From: a virus
Taxonomy: Duplodnaviria; Caudoviricetes
Strand: one strand, 5' to 3'
IMG/VR virus record: IMGVR_UViG_3300005611_000091
Span: 1 to 36,188 of that record
DNA length: 36,188 nt
The position numbers and the translations under genes are program-made. Below are positions 23,600 to 34,298 of this stretch, one piece after another. The notes under the pieces are model-generated. The model saw only the letters and a list, made by a program, of their open reading frames with translations, did no database searches and had not been told where the DNA came from. The stretch's first letter is position 1; each line of letters begins with the position of its first letter.

Positions 23600-26110
23600 T
23601 CAGAAGGTCACTGCGTGTTGAGACGGCGGGAAGAAGTGTGTCTGCTCATTTTCTTCCAACAACCTTTTCTCCGCCCGCTTCATCGACCCCGGGTTCATCG
23701 CCTCTTGAATACCGTGAAGTATAAGATAATCCAATGCCGCCTTGGTGTAAAACAGATTGATGAACGGAGTGTTCTGTATGGTTGTGCGCCAAGCGGCTGC
23801 TGCGGCGTCATCACCATCCCTAAGCCGCTGGAATATATCGACAATATCGTCGAACACACCAGCAGTCGGTCCCGCCAAGGTTGTCAGAGCGCCGCCGCCG
23901 AAGCGGTTCTTCATATCACCAAACAGGAAGTCACCGTAAATACCCATGCCGCCGCCCTGCACCATCGCGGCCATCCACGTCTTCACGTTATCTGGATCGC
24001 GAGGCTCGCGTCCTTTGGCGAGGTCTTTCGCGCTCATGGCAAGATAACCAAACGCGGTGTTCCAGAGGATGAGGCGGGCGAGGCCGGTCATCTCTCCGTT
24101 CCCGTTCCGCATTGCCTCGCCGAGTGTATTGGCACCTTTACCATAAATCTCCCGCGCAAGCGGTTTCTGGAACACTGTCGCTGTGAAGGACTTGAACAGC
24201 GCCAGATGGCGGAGTGTCTCACCCTCCACCGTCCCCGGGCGGGTACCACGCAGGAGGTACGAGCGAGTCTTGTCGTCCGGCTCGATCACTGCCATGTTGG
24301 CACGATCGTAGAAGTATTCTCGGAACTGCCCTGCGATCTCCTCCCGAGCGTCGTCGATCCGGCGTTTTGTTACCGGCTGACCGGCGTCCCGCAGGAAGTT
24401 CGAGAACACCTCGTCAGGTAGGTTCTCAACACCCTCGGGGGTCAGCATAACCTTGTCGGCAAACGTCTCCGGGTTTGATCGGATTATGTCCCACTTCGAG
24501 GAGTCGATGCCGTAGAAACCAAACACCCTCTGCAACCCCTCATCCAACTGGTCGAACGCCCGGTTGGCTTGCAGACCGAGATCGTGTGACCGAGACGCAG
24601 CGAAACCCGTCCTGATCTGATCCGTCCACCAACGCAACCCGTTGACCTTGAAGAACAAGCTTGTGATCGCCGACACCCGTCCGGGGGTTGTGTCCGATAC
24701 GTCGAACCGCTTCGTCATCGCAGATATCATTCCATCGTGGATGACCCCGAGAGACGCCATCAGGCGCGCCCGCTCAGACTTCGGCATATTCTCTCCGAGA
24801 CTGGTGAGCGCCTCCAACACCCCGCTAAGGAATGAACCACCTTGGTATTTCACCTCCGACGCAGAGAAGCTGATGTCAGCGAAACCGGATATCATTGCAC
24901 CACCTAGCTTCGACCACTGCTGGATGGCGCGGGCGGTCTGCGATACCTGCGCTGCCATGTGACTGCCGGGGACGTTCGCCAGACCGTTTATGTGGGGCCA
25001 CAACGTCCGCATGATCTGCTCGAACTTCCTGTCGAACTTCCCGGCATTCGGGTTGTTATCCTTCTCCATCTGTTTGAGAATTTGTTCGCGAACAGTCCTG
25101 ATGTTGGCGTCTGCGTTCGGGCCGAGGTGTTTCATTATGGCAATGTCGCGGCTCATCTTCTCCATGCCGTACATCACGCTCTCGGACAGCTTCGGAGCGC
25201 CGTACTTCTTACTGTACTCGAACTCCGCCGCCCCGTTTTTAAAGTGCATCACCCGCTCATGACTCACCTTGCGCCCGATATTGGCGATCCCGAGGAACTT
25301 GCTCTCGGGGCGCGCGCGGGGCGCACCGTACTCCGATGTCAGGTGGACGCCCTGAGACAGCCGGTGGTACAACCGCTGCATCAAAGCATCCCGATCTGCG
25401 ACCGGCACGTCAGGGAACGAGCGGTCCCAGTCGACATTCTCGCGGATGAAGCCCATCCACCCTTCGCGATCCGCTTTTATCTTGGCGTCGTCATGGATTC
25501 GTTTGTGGACGTAACCATCAAGCTTGCCGATGTCCGCACCCCAACGGTTCGCCAGGACGCGCATACTCTCGTTGAATTTCTGGATGATCTCCGCTGCCTT
25601 ACGGGCGTCGGGGTTTATCCCGTCGAAGTTCTGCCCCGACTTCTTGTCCATTTCGTGCATGGCTTTGAAGATGTCCGCATCCAACTCGCCCTTCACGTAG
25701 GCGTTGTGAATACCGGCTACCTCCATCTCGTACACCACACCCATCGCATGTTTGGCAAAGAGGGAACTGTGTGTGGCGATGACACTCGATCGGGAGCCTT
25801 TCCTCGCACCTTTGGTTACGCCAGCCAGCATAGCCTCGACACCAAGTCCGGGATTATCTGCCCATGTCGTCATAACGTAGTCGTACATCTCCAGCCGGCG
25901 CATCTTGTTCAGCACCGCCTGCCGCTGCTTCTGCCACGCGGCCCGCTTCAACGGCTCCACGATACGGCGCACGGCGTCATCCGGGGTCAGGATGTCCTCC
26001 TGCTCCGAGAACTTCTGCCACAGAGAAATCAGGTTGTCCGTATCATCGTCGGTCAACTCGCGACCAGCCGCCTTCTCTATCTCCGCCATACACGCCTGGT
26101 AAGACATCAA
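23600..26110 (-). CDS. Large internal virion (ejection) protein
   Basis: 836 aa, helical, RGTRPGTVEGE..R....FKSF, QGGGMGIYGDFLF; last of the internal-protein cluster. Confidence 0.8.
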   Translation of the reverse strand: MMSYQACMAEIEKAAGRELTDDDTDNLISLWQKFSEQEDILTPDDAVRRIVEPLKRAAWQKQRQAVLNKMRRLEMYDYVMTTWADNPGLGVEAMLAGVTKGARKGSRSSVIATHSSLFAKHAMGVVYEMEVAGIHNAYVKGELDADIFKAMHEMDKKSGQNFDGINPDARKAAEIIQKFNESMRVLANRWGADIGKLDGYVHKRIHDDAKIKADREGWMGFIRENVDWDRSFPDVPVADRDALMQRLYHRLSQGVHLTSEYGAPRARPESKFLGIANIGRKVSHERVMHFKNGAAEFEYSKKYGAPKLSESVMYGMEKMSRDIAIMKHLGPNADANIRTVREQILKQMEKDNNPNAGKFDRKFEQIMRTLWPHINGLANVPGSHMAAQVSQTARAIQQWSKLGGAMISGFADISFSASEVKYQGGSFLSGVLEALTSLGENMPKSERARLMASLGVIHDGMISAMTKRFDVSDTTPGRVSAITSLFFKVNGLRWWTDQIRTGFAASRSHDLGLQANRAFDQLDEGLQRVFGFYGIDSSKWDIIRSNPETFADKVMLTPEGVENLPDEVFSNFLRDAGQPVTKRRIDDAREEIAGQFREYFYDRANMAVIEPDDKTRSYLLRGTRPGTVEGETLRHLALFKSFTATVFQKPLAREIYGKGANTLGEAMRNGNGEMTGLARLILWNTAFGYLAMSAKDLAKGREPRDPDNVKTWMAAMVQGGGMGIYGDFLFGDMKNRFGGGALTTLAGPTAGVFDDIVDIFQRLRDGDDAAAAAWRTTIQNTPFINLFYTKAALDYLILHGIQEAMNPGSMKRAEKRLLEENEQTHFFPPSQHAVTF

Positions 26111-27972
26111 CCTCTCCTGTTAAAGCAGGCCAGCGCGGCGGGGACATACTTCTCCAAATCCGCGACCTCCTGCTGCATCTGTTCGGCTTCTCTCGCGTCG
26201 GGGTCAACTCCCACGTCCTCATCCCGAAGGCCCACCGCGGCCAGTGCCTCCTCGTACTGCTTCTGGAGGTCGGTCGTGTCCGCAACGATAGCATCCAGTT
26301 CCGCTTCCTCTGAGACGCGATTCTCCTCGACCGTCCGGGTTACCTCCGCGGCACCTTCTGGGTCGGCAAGCCGCAGGTTCTCCGGCGCATATGTTGCCCG
26401 TGCCGCGACAGTCGGGTCGACGTTGGGGTCAACCTCCCACCGTTTGCGGAGGATAAACTCCGGGCGGTCTTTGACCGGAACCGCTTCTGCCTGAGCGCGC
26501 GCCTGCGCCTCACGCCTGATCTGGTTTACGCGCGGGGCAACATCGCGGAGGCTCTCATCTACCGCCACAAGCTGCTGGCGCAATCCCGCCTGCGCGGGTG
26601 TGTCGGCGCTCGTTATGCGCGCGCGTTCTGCGTCAACGCGCTTCTGCATCTCGTCGATACGCGCCTGCATCTTCTTCTGGTTGCGCTTGGTCGCGCCGCG
26701 CATACGATCGTTCAGTTGGTCGATCTGGCTTTGTAACTCTTCAACAGCGTCATCCGCCGCCGCGCGCCGCTCCGGCGCTAACTCGTCGATCTGCGCCCGC
26801 AGGTCATCACGCTTTTTTACGAGGGCGTCATAGGACCGCATCTCCTCGGGGTAGGATATGCGCGCCAGAACCTCCTCGTCCTGCGTCTCGAAGATCGGGG
26901 CGGGGTTCGGTTCCTCCCGCTCGACAAGCCGGATAGGGTGTAGAGTCGCCACCGGTTCGAGGTTCACATACCGGCCACTCGCCATATGTGATACAGACCC
27001 TTGCATGAGGGCCACACGGTCACCCTCGGTGGCGTTATCCAGCGCACGGTTCGCGGCCCCCTCCGGCTCTACCGCGCCCATAATCTCTCTCAACTCCCTG
27101 AGATCGTCTTCGAACTCTTTCTTGACTTTTCGCAATGCCAGTCTGTCGCCAAGCGCGCCAACACCGACATGAAGACCCCCGCCGATCACCGTACCGAAGG
27201 CGATGTTCAGCAAGCTGTCGGTCATATCGTAGTCGGCCTGATCCGCCTCCGCGGCACTCAGGATTATCGGCTCAACGATTGAGGCACCGACAGCACCCTC
27301 TACCGCGCCCTGTCTCAGCCGGAGCGCGGCGCGCGCGCCCGCACGGACTGGTAAAGCGGCGGCGACGGCAGTCGACGGGCCTAGTACACCTACACGGCGC
27401 AGCGCGCTCGCCCCTGCACGGGTCGCGAGGGTTCCGCCGGTTATGGGGATGAATGCAGAGGCGACGTTGATCGGGTCGAGGATACTGACACCGAGGCCCG
27501 TACCGAGACGCGCAGCACCGGTCCAGAAATCTTTGCTCGCGCGCGCGAACACCTCGTTCAGACGCTGCTCGTCCTTAGCCGCGTTGATGAGAAGGTCGAG
27601 GTAACCCTCGGTGATCCCAAACTCGGGGACACCTTTCTTCAGTTTGACACCCGCCTCTTTAACCCGCTGGTTTGCCACCTCGGGGGTCAGTATCTCGCCG
27701 ACACCCGTACCGGGTACCGGGCGTAAGTTTTTAGGGTCACGTTTAGCCCGGCCCCTCACACCCCCTTTACGGGGGAGGTCAAACACCGAAGGGTCAAGTT
27801 CCTGGTCAGCGCGGACCTCGTCCACAGCCATCAAACGACGAATGGCCGACAACGGGGAGTGCCGCCACGCGTCCTCCGCCTCGGCGGCTAGTGTATCCAT
27901 AAGCGGCGCGGTCTGGTCAGACGCCAGATCAAACACCGTCATCTGCGGGCCTTGTGTGAAAAAAGGCTTCAC
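26107..27972 (-). CDS. Internal virion protein with hydrophobic Gly/Ala segment and coiled coil
   Basis: DPINVASAFIP, GAVEGAVGA, NIAFGTVIGGGLH; position. Confidence 0.75.
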   Translation of the reverse strand: MKPFFTQGPQMTVFDLASDQTAPLMDTLAAEAEDAWRHSPLSAIRRLMAVDEVRADQELDPSVFDLPRKGGVRGRAKRDPKNLRPVPGTGVGEILTPEVANQRVKEAGVKLKKGVPEFGITEGYLDLLINAAKDEQRLNEVFARASKDFWTGAARLGTGLGVSILDPINVASAFIPITGGTLATRAGASALRRVGVLGPSTAVAAALPVRAGARAALRLRQGAVEGAVGASIVEPIILSAAEADQADYDMTDSLLNIAFGTVIGGGLHVGVGALGDRLALRKVKKEFEDDLRELREIMGAVEPEGAANRALDNATEGDRVALMQGSVSHMASGRYVNLEPVATLHPIRLVEREEPNPAPIFETQDEEVLARISYPEEMRSYDALVKKRDDLRAQIDELAPERRAAADDAVEELQSQIDQLNDRMRGATKRNQKKMQARIDEMQKRVDAERARITSADTPAQAGLRQQLVAVDESLRDVAPRVNQIRREAQARAQAEAVPVKDRPEFILRKRWEVDPNVDPTVAARATYAPENLRLADPEGAAEVTRTVEENRVSEEAELDAIVADTTDLQKQYEEALAAVGLRDEDVGVDPDAREAEQMQQEVADLEKYVPAALACFNRRG

Positions 27973-30248
27973 TGTTTGACCTGACTCGGCCCGCCCCGCA
28001 ACGGAGCCAACCTGTCTGGTGATCCTGTGCGAACACCTGATCTTTTAATTCCGACAGTTCCTGCCGTGTCGGGGCGCGCGCCCGGGGTTACTGGTATCGT
28101 GGACCCAATATGCTCTAACTCCGCCCACGTCAAGGTTAGCGGGACATACTTCGGTTCTACATCCTCACCTAGTGGGTCGTCCCCCGACAACACAGGAACC
28201 ACAACCCCTCTCTCAGAGACGAGAGTGAGACCGGAACCATCACCTGTGTTCACCCAACGGCCCCGTTCTTGCAACACAGATATGTAGGCGTCCTTATCCA
28301 TCTTACCGCCCGCCGCGCTAATATTATTCTCGGGTAACCGTATGTCATCCGCGGGGAGTTGGTTCCTCCGAAAATACAGACTTCCGTCAACAACCAAATC
28401 GAAGTTCACCCCGTCCGCCACCGGAACACGCGCGCGCCCCTCCCCGAAATACTTGAACTTATCGCCGAGCAGTGTGTCGTAGGCTTCTTTTGCTGCCTTC
28501 TCGGCGGTGCCGCCTTGCTTACTGTAGATGTCTTTCGCAAGTGCAGAGACGGCGTCAAACATATTACCGGACAACTGAATACCTCGCGCGCCGCCACTGT
28601 TCGCCATCGACTGCGCGAAGTCCGTCAAGTGGGTCACCACAGCGTCGTCAATATCTTTCTTCGCTGTGGAAACCGGACCCTTCTCCCAGTCCGATTTCGG
28701 AACCGCGAGTGCGTCTGCCAGTTTTATCCTGGCGACATGATCTTTCACAGGGTCCATCCACGCCAGTGCGACATGCCCACCGGTCATCGCCTTCTTGCGG
28801 ACAAGCTGGTCTGCCACACGCGCCCAGTGGTTCTCTGAACCCCACTTCGCCTGGAGACCATCAAGCACTTGGAGAATGCGCGCCGCGCCCTTCCCGTCTC
28901 CGGTGTCTCGCAGCGCCTCTGATATCTGAACACCATAAGCCTCGACCTCGTTCTCGGTCAGGATGTCCGGGCTTACGACACCCAGACGCGCCTGTACCGC
29001 GTCCATAGCGCCGATGTATTTATCCCGGGCGAACTGCGCCTGCGTGGCAGCGTTCTCATCTTCGAGATTTTTCTCGGCAACTTCCTGCGCGGCCTTCATC
29101 TGTTCTCGGGCGTCAGACACGATCGGGAAGTTCTTCAGAGAATACGCGATCGGGTTCTTGTCCACCTCAGTCTGCCGGCGGGACGCAGCCTGTTTGAAAG
29201 CCGACAAATTTTCTTCTGCCTCGATACGCGCGTCAGCGGAAACGGCGTCATCCACCTTCTTCTGTAGAGCAGCCGTCTGCCGCGCTATGTCAACCGTCGA
29301 CGCGGTCGAGACACCCACCATAATGGCCTGCTGCTGCCGTGCGTTTTCATACGCAGCAATTGCCCGCTGCGCTTTACGCGGGCGACCGGGGAACATGGCT
29401 TGTATGTCTTCCCGCGAATATTCCTCCATCGGACCACCGGCGCTACCCGACTGTAGGTCCTGTGCAAAATCGGCGCGGTCTTCCTCCCGGTTCTGCCGTT
29501 CAAGCGTGTCCGCGGCCGTATCCAGATCGGACAAAAGCTTATTATAACCGCCGGCGGAAAAACGCTCTTTGTTCTTTTCGAGTTCCGACTTCAGCGCCAG
29601 AACCTCTTGAGGTGTGTCCGCAGAGCGCATCAGGTATGTGTAGTTCGCGACCGCAATGCTCTCGTTCTGCTCCTGGATAAGAACCTCGCGGTCGTCGCCA
29701 CCCAGACCTGTCGCGTCCACAAGCTTGAGGCTCGCATCCTGTGCGTCCTCCACAGACATGGTGCCATCGAGAACGGATTTACGAACCGTTTCCAAGCTGT
29801 TCTCTGCGTCCCTGCGGACTTTCTTCGCGCGCGCGGTGGACTCGAACACCATCGCGCGCTCCGAGTACCAACTCCCCAAACGCGCCGCGCTCCGCTCCAA
29901 CCGAAGTTTGTTCTCCGGTGAAGCGTTAGAGAATCTCTGGCGCAGATCGCCGGCCGTCTGGTTGAACTCCTCGACCCGTGCTTCAGTAAACCCTGCCGCC
30001 CCCGCAGGGGCTTCTTTCTGGGCCTTAAGGGATCGTTGAAGGAGTTGTGTCCGAGCCTCTATGAAAGAGGTCTCGATTTCCACAGCCATCTCCCGATCAG
30101 CCTGCTGTTTGAGGTTCTCAGCGAAACTGGTAATCGCCGCGCCGGCCTGCTTCAGACCCTCACCACCGCCGAAGTCAGAGCCGGACGCGCGCTGCGTCGA
30201 GATCAGGCTGTTGACCGTAGGGGCTGCGTTGATGTCTATCTTAGGCAT
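27969..30248 (-). CDS. Internal virion protein (759 aa)
   Basis: MPKI start, helical Ala/Gln/Glu-rich; position. Confidence 0.75.
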   Translation of the reverse strand: MPKIDINAAPTVNSLISTQRASGSDFGGGEGLKQAGAAITSFAENLKQQADREMAVEIETSFIEARTQLLQRSLKAQKEAPAGAAGFTEARVEEFNQTAGDLRQRFSNASPENKLRLERSAARLGSWYSERAMVFESTARAKKVRRDAENSLETVRKSVLDGTMSVEDAQDASLKLVDATGLGGDDREVLIQEQNESIAVANYTYLMRSADTPQEVLALKSELEKNKERFSAGGYNKLLSDLDTAADTLERQNREEDRADFAQDLQSGSAGGPMEEYSREDIQAMFPGRPRKAQRAIAAYENARQQQAIMVGVSTASTVDIARQTAALQKKVDDAVSADARIEAEENLSAFKQAASRRQTEVDKNPIAYSLKNFPIVSDAREQMKAAQEVAEKNLEDENAATQAQFARDKYIGAMDAVQARLGVVSPDILTENEVEAYGVQISEALRDTGDGKGAARILQVLDGLQAKWGSENHWARVADQLVRKKAMTGGHVALAWMDPVKDHVARIKLADALAVPKSDWEKGPVSTAKKDIDDAVVTHLTDFAQSMANSGGARGIQLSGNMFDAVSALAKDIYSKQGGTAEKAAKEAYDTLLGDKFKYFGEGRARVPVADGVNFDLVVDGSLYFRRNQLPADDIRLPENNISAAGGKMDKDAYISVLQERGRWVNTGDGSGLTLVSERGVVVPVLSGDDPLGEDVEPKYVPLTLTWAELEHIGSTIPVTPGARPDTAGTVGIKRSGVRTGSPDRLAPLRGGPSQVKQ

Positions 30249-30760
30249 TAGGCATTAAGCGGCAGTGAGCCGCCCCCCGCGCCAGACTGCGCTGGCGCAA
30301 ATGATTGACCCCCGCTGCTACCGAGGCTTGTGGTGGAACCCCCAAATCTATCCCCGTAAGTACCCGCCCCCTTCAACAACGTCCCGGCTGCGCTGAAGTA
30401 CCCCGCCTGTTGCGCGCTCTTACCCCGCATCTTATCGAGGTTCGCGCCGCTCTCGAGGCCGATCGCCTTGACCTCACCCTTGTGGATGATATCCAGCGCC
30501 ATGAGTTCCCCTTCGCGCACGTTATCCTCCAACACATCGAGAGATACCGATGGCCGATTCCGTATGACCGACGCGTTCTTCCTGTTCAGCCGGCGCTGGC
30601 GGCGGGCGTTCTCCGCCGCATCCTTGCGAGCGGCCTTCGCGTTCACACGACCAACAGCCGCGTTATAATCCGCGGCCTTCTTCTGTGCGTTCCCCGCTGC
30701 GATCGCGCCCGCCGCCGATGTGGCAACGCCCGCGATCAGGGCAATTTCAACACCAGTCAT
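30248..30760 (-). CDS. Small internal virion protein (T7 gp14-like position)
   Basis: Start MTGVEIALIAG at 30760 (GAGGA RBS, ATGA overlap); hydrophobic Gly/Ala N-terminus then basic helix. Confidence 0.75.
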   Translation of the reverse strand: MTGVEIALIAGVATSAAGAIAAGNAQKKAADYNAAVGRVNAKAARKDAAENARRQRRLNRKNASVIRNRPSVSLDVLEDNVREGELMALDIIHKGEVKAIGLESGANLDKMRGKSAQQAGYFSAAGTLLKGAGTYGDRFGGSTTSLGSSGGQSFAPAQSGAGGGSLPLNA

Positions 30761-31185
30761 AAAATCCTCGCGTAGAGGCTGCAATCACCCCCGTCGGGCC
30801 GGTACGCCGTCATCCGCTCCGCTTCCATCTCGAACCCGAGAAGTTCCGCCCACCTGTGGCCGGGTTCAAAATCACAGTCCACCGTCATTTCAAGACGTTG
30901 AAGGTAACACGTCTCAAGAAAACGGGATACCGCCTTGTGAACGCCAACGAACTGGCGTGTCGATATGTTCTTCGACAGGTACGCCCAACACATCCCACGC
31001 CCCTGCCATATCGGCAAGACCCCCGCGCAGCCCACCGGCGTGTCTCCGTCCATTCCTGTATATGCCCACCCGGACGACTCCAGAGACGCCGCCAGCGCGG
31101 GGGTAACCCAGTTGGACAGATACGCTTGCCCTTCCTGGAGGTCGATCGCATGAAGATGTTCTTTCTGGTACGTGATAATGTTCAT
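30757..31185 (-). CDS. GNAT-like protein (T7 gp13-like position)
   Basis: Start MNIITYQ at 31185; VGCAGV..IWQGRG.CW, RWAELLGFEME, YARI. Confidence 0.78.
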   Translation of the reverse strand: MNIITYQKEHLHAIDLQEGQAYLSNWVTPALAASLESSGWAYTGMDGDTPVGCAGVLPIWQGRGMCWAYLSKNISTRQFVGVHKAVSRFLETCYLQRLEMTVDCDFEPGHRWAELLGFEMEAERMTAYRPDGGDCSLYARIL

Positions 31186-33476
31186 CGGCGATCCTGCGTC
31201 TCGACCTGGCCCATGATCGCAATGATCGTCGCCGGGAGCGGTTGATCCTGCCGGATGGCAATCGTCTCGTTGCTGCTGTAGCTGCCATCCCACGCCACCT
31301 CGATATCACCCTCAAACAGCGGCGGCGCGGTATCCATCAGATCGCCGCCCTGCCGATATATCAGCGGATCGAGGTTGTCGAAATCCGGGCCTACCTTCAG
31401 ACCGAGGGTCTCGTATAGCCGGAGGATGAGGCGATTGTACCGTTGAAGTTTACCCTGCGCGGTCCCGTTACGAGACCCGACATCATAGCGCAGTGTCTCA
31501 ATATCAGAGAGGTACATCAAGCCAACCTGCGCCTTGGAAGTCTCATTCACAGTGATTGCCCCGCTCGACACGATGGCGCTCGCGGCCGGCGCTCCTTCAG
31601 CCAGTATCGAGACGGTCTGCCCCTCAAGGTGGTCAAGTCCACTGATAGACGTGACGCGCTTTCGGACCTCCCCCGCGGTCTCGTAAGCTGTGAACCCCGA
31701 GGTGTCGACAGCCGTATCTGTTCGGGTGTTCAACTCGAAAGTTGTTGCCGTTTTATTGGCAACCTTGTAGACTTTTCGGTTCACATCAGTCATCCCTTTT
31801 ACCTCCGTGATCCTCACGATATCACCATCGGAAAAACCATGTGACGTCCCGGTTGTCACCACCCCGGGGGATGCCTGCGTGATACCGGTAATCGTGATCG
31901 GGCTGTCAAGTGTCAACCCACTGTCCACGAAGAAAGCGTCCTCCTGATCGTTCTCTCTTGACCAGAAGGGTTTCAAGTACTCGATATAACGCTTCGTCCC
32001 GCCGTTGATGTAGCGGTTGACGACCACGTACAACTCTGTCGATGCCCCGTCCGGGGATGGTATCGTCGCAACACTCTCGACCTTCGCCTGTGTGTTGCTG
32101 AAGGCATCACTGTAGCCGCCCAGAACGTGCTTGTGGAACCCAACCACCGACTGATCGCGGTCATACGTCATCCCGATCAGCGAACCGTCCGTGAGACACA
32201 TCCAGACGATGCTCTGGGGTTCCGCCTGGTAGGCCATCTCGACCACACCGCTCTGCGTGATATCCTCGGCCACCAGCGTCAGGTCGGGCGCGCGGAAGCC
32301 GTCATCCTCGAACACATACCCCAGTTCACGCAGCTTCCGCAGCGCCCGCTGGACAAACACAAGGATGCGGCCCACCCGGGCGGGTTTGATATTCGCGCTC
32401 CCGAACGCACTCGATCGGGTCGCCTGTATGTTATCCGGCGTCAGCGCGCCGCCGTTATCGTCCGGGCGCACAACCCACTCACCGCCAACCGTCCCCACGA
32501 CGAGGCCTTTCTCGTCATCGGCCAGCCAGCGAATCGAGTTCACCGTGTCCGCAGACAGGGTCGTCGTCGCCGCGCTGTCTGCCAGCACCGTTCCGTCAGG
32601 GTCAGTCGGCGCGAAGTTCTCGAAGTCACCCGTCCGGCTCAGATCAATACGTTGCGGGGTGTCCGTCGCACCCGCAAAAGTCAGTCGGTTCTTATGGAAC
32701 GTCGAGGTGCGCGGGTATCCCGTCGTCTCCGACCACAATCCGAGACGCCATACGGTTGTCGCGGTCCCCGCCGAGGCGTTGGGTCCGTCGATCGTCGCGG
32801 TGACGCTGGTTGTGCTGGCGTGCGCGGTAATTGTCAGGAATGTCCAGTTCCCCGCCGGGTCTTCAAAGCGTATCTGCCGTCCGACGTCTGTCGTCTGGAA
32901 CCCCGTGTCGTTGTTGATCCCGGTGACCGCCGAGGCCGTGACCGTCACTGACCCTGACGTCCCCGACAAGGTCAGGGTAGTCGCGGTGGCGTTCGTGTTG
33001 AAGAATGGCCCGTCGCTGAACGTGATATCGGTGATCGACCAGCTTGTGTCCGAGGCGCGCTCGATCTTTCGCGGAGGGTAACTCGGGTGCGTGACGTACA
33101 GCACGTCAGCACTCTGCGAGAAGTTAAGGCTGAACAGGTCGGCCTCGGTGTAGGTCGTTGTCAACTCTACAGCGGTGCCAGAGACGATCTGTGCGCGGTC
33201 CTTGATGAACCTCACATAAAGGTCGCCGAACTCCAGAATGTAAGCCTGTTCGACGTTGAACTCGAACCGGACGACGCGTGTGGCCTTGCTACTATCCTTG
33301 ACCTCAACGATGTGTCCGGTTCCGGGGCGGCGTTCAACCGGCCCCTGTACCAGCGGTACAAAATTCGTGCAGGTCTTCAGACCCTTGATATAAGCCTCGA
33401 GGTCTGGTCGCCCATAGACCAACGGGGTCATGCGACCCCCGTTGAAATTGTTCTGGATTGGTGCGACTAGCGCCAC
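31182..33476 (-). CDS. Tail tubular protein B (nozzle)
   Basis: QNNFNGGRMTP..YGRPD, QGPVERRPGT, QSADVLY, GYPRT..FHKNRL.F, SRTGDFENF. Confidence 0.9.
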   Translation of the reverse strand: MALVAPIQNNFNGGRMTPLVYGRPDLEAYIKGLKTCTNFVPLVQGPVERRPGTGHIVEVKDSSKATRVVRFEFNVEQAYILEFGDLYVRFIKDRAQIVSGTAVELTTTYTEADLFSLNFSQSADVLYVTHPSYPPRKIERASDTSWSITDITFSDGPFFNTNATATTLTLSGTSGSVTVTASAVTGINNDTGFQTTDVGRQIRFEDPAGNWTFLTITAHASTTSVTATIDGPNASAGTATTVWRLGLWSETTGYPRTSTFHKNRLTFAGATDTPQRIDLSRTGDFENFAPTDPDGTVLADSAATTTLSADTVNSIRWLADDEKGLVVGTVGGEWVVRPDDNGGALTPDNIQATRSSAFGSANIKPARVGRILVFVQRALRKLRELGYVFEDDGFRAPDLTLVAEDITQSGVVEMAYQAEPQSIVWMCLTDGSLIGMTYDRDQSVVGFHKHVLGGYSDAFSNTQAKVESVATIPSPDGASTELYVVVNRYINGGTKRYIEYLKPFWSRENDQEDAFFVDSGLTLDSPITITGITQASPGVVTTGTSHGFSDGDIVRITEVKGMTDVNRKVYKVANKTATTFELNTRTDTAVDTSGFTAYETAGEVRKRVTSISGLDHLEGQTVSILAEGAPAASAIVSSGAITVNETSKAQVGLMYLSDIETLRYDVGSRNGTAQGKLQRYNRLILRLYETLGLKVGPDFDNLDPLIYRQGGDLMDTAPPLFEGDIEVAWDGSYSSNETIAIRQDQPLPATIIAIMGQVETQDRR

Positions 33477-34034
33477 TTAGTACCTCGCCGTGATCCATGA
33501 GTCCGTCGGTGGTTCGTGAGATGGACCCTCAAAAGCATTGACCTTTCGCGCCTCTTTCTTGGCGTCCGCGTAGAGCTGCTGCGCGATCTCGATCTTGTTA
33601 TTCGATTGCGTGATCTTCTCCGCTATGTCTCGCGCAATGCGCGCCACCAACAGGTCGACGAATGTCTGATCGAACGAGTTCGGGTCCGTGATCCGCGCGA
33701 TATAGATCAGCTTGAACGCCCCGGTGTCGTCCGTGAGGATAGACCCGTTCTCGATCTGGATGTTCTCCTGATCTGCGGTCGGCAGGATGCGGAGGCAATC
33801 CGCCGGTAACGGGTACGCGGTCGTGAAGCCGAAGGCCGGAGCGGTCGACGATGCCGCAATCTGGGCGCGCTTCCGGGCGAACGCCCAAGGGTGCGCCCGC
33901 AACTCCGTGTCGCGGGCATGATCATAAACGCGATTACACTCGCGAGCGCGAGTGCTGTCGTCTGTCAACGCGGTTATGCTCTTTTCCCCGAGACGCTGGA
34001 GCGCCAGATTGCAGATATCGACTTCCGAGGCCAT
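33477..34034 (-). CDS. Tail tubular protein A (adaptor)
   Basis: SEVDICNLALQRLG...HPWAFA...YPLPADCLR...WITAR. Confidence 0.9.
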   Translation of the reverse strand: MASEVDICNLALQRLGEKSITALTDDSTRARECNRVYDHARDTELRAHPWAFARKRAQIAASSTAPAFGFTTAYPLPADCLRILPTADQENIQIENGSILTDDTGAFKLIYIARITDPNSFDQTFVDLLVARIARDIAEKITQSNNKIEIAQQLYADAKKEARKVNAFEGPSHEPPTDSWITARY

Positions 34035-34044
34035 GACAGACCCC

Positions 34045-34245
34045 CTAGTTGATTACTACCTGGTTCGCAGCGATCAGGTCTGCCAGCGCGTGAAGCGTGA
34101 ACACGACGCGGTCGCGGTCGGCGCTCTCCGCGATATCAACCGCAACAGTGCCGGCGGACGCCGACCCCGCGTCGGACCCGGCGACAGAAGTGGCCGAGTT
34201 CATGTCGAAATCGGCGAGAGTGATTGTGTAGGTTCGGTTCGCCAT
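34045..34245 (-). CDS. Small hypothetical, probably virion protein (66 aa)
   Basis: AAGGAG RBS; between capsid and tail genes. Confidence 0.7.
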   Translation of the reverse strand: MANRTYTITLADFDMNSATSVAGSDAGSASAGTVAVDIAESADRDRVVFTLHALADLIAANQVVIN

Positions 34246-34268
34246 GTCAGGCTCCTTCTGGAGAGAGG

Positions 34269-34293
34269 TGGGCGGGGGAAGAACCCCCGCCCA
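34269..34293 (-). terminator. Strong hairpin after the capsid genes (terminator or stabiliser)
   Basis: TGGGCGGGGG-ttctt-CCCCCGCCCA followed by a pyrimidine run that is not pure U. Confidence 0.6.
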
Positions 34294-34298
34294 GTAGC

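Noticed and set aside
24959-26494. 511-aa plus-strand ORF and other long antisense ORFs (12601..13749, 23240..24421, 32127..33081)
   Set aside because: Shadow frames of GC-rich genes on the opposite strand, with no recognisable motifs
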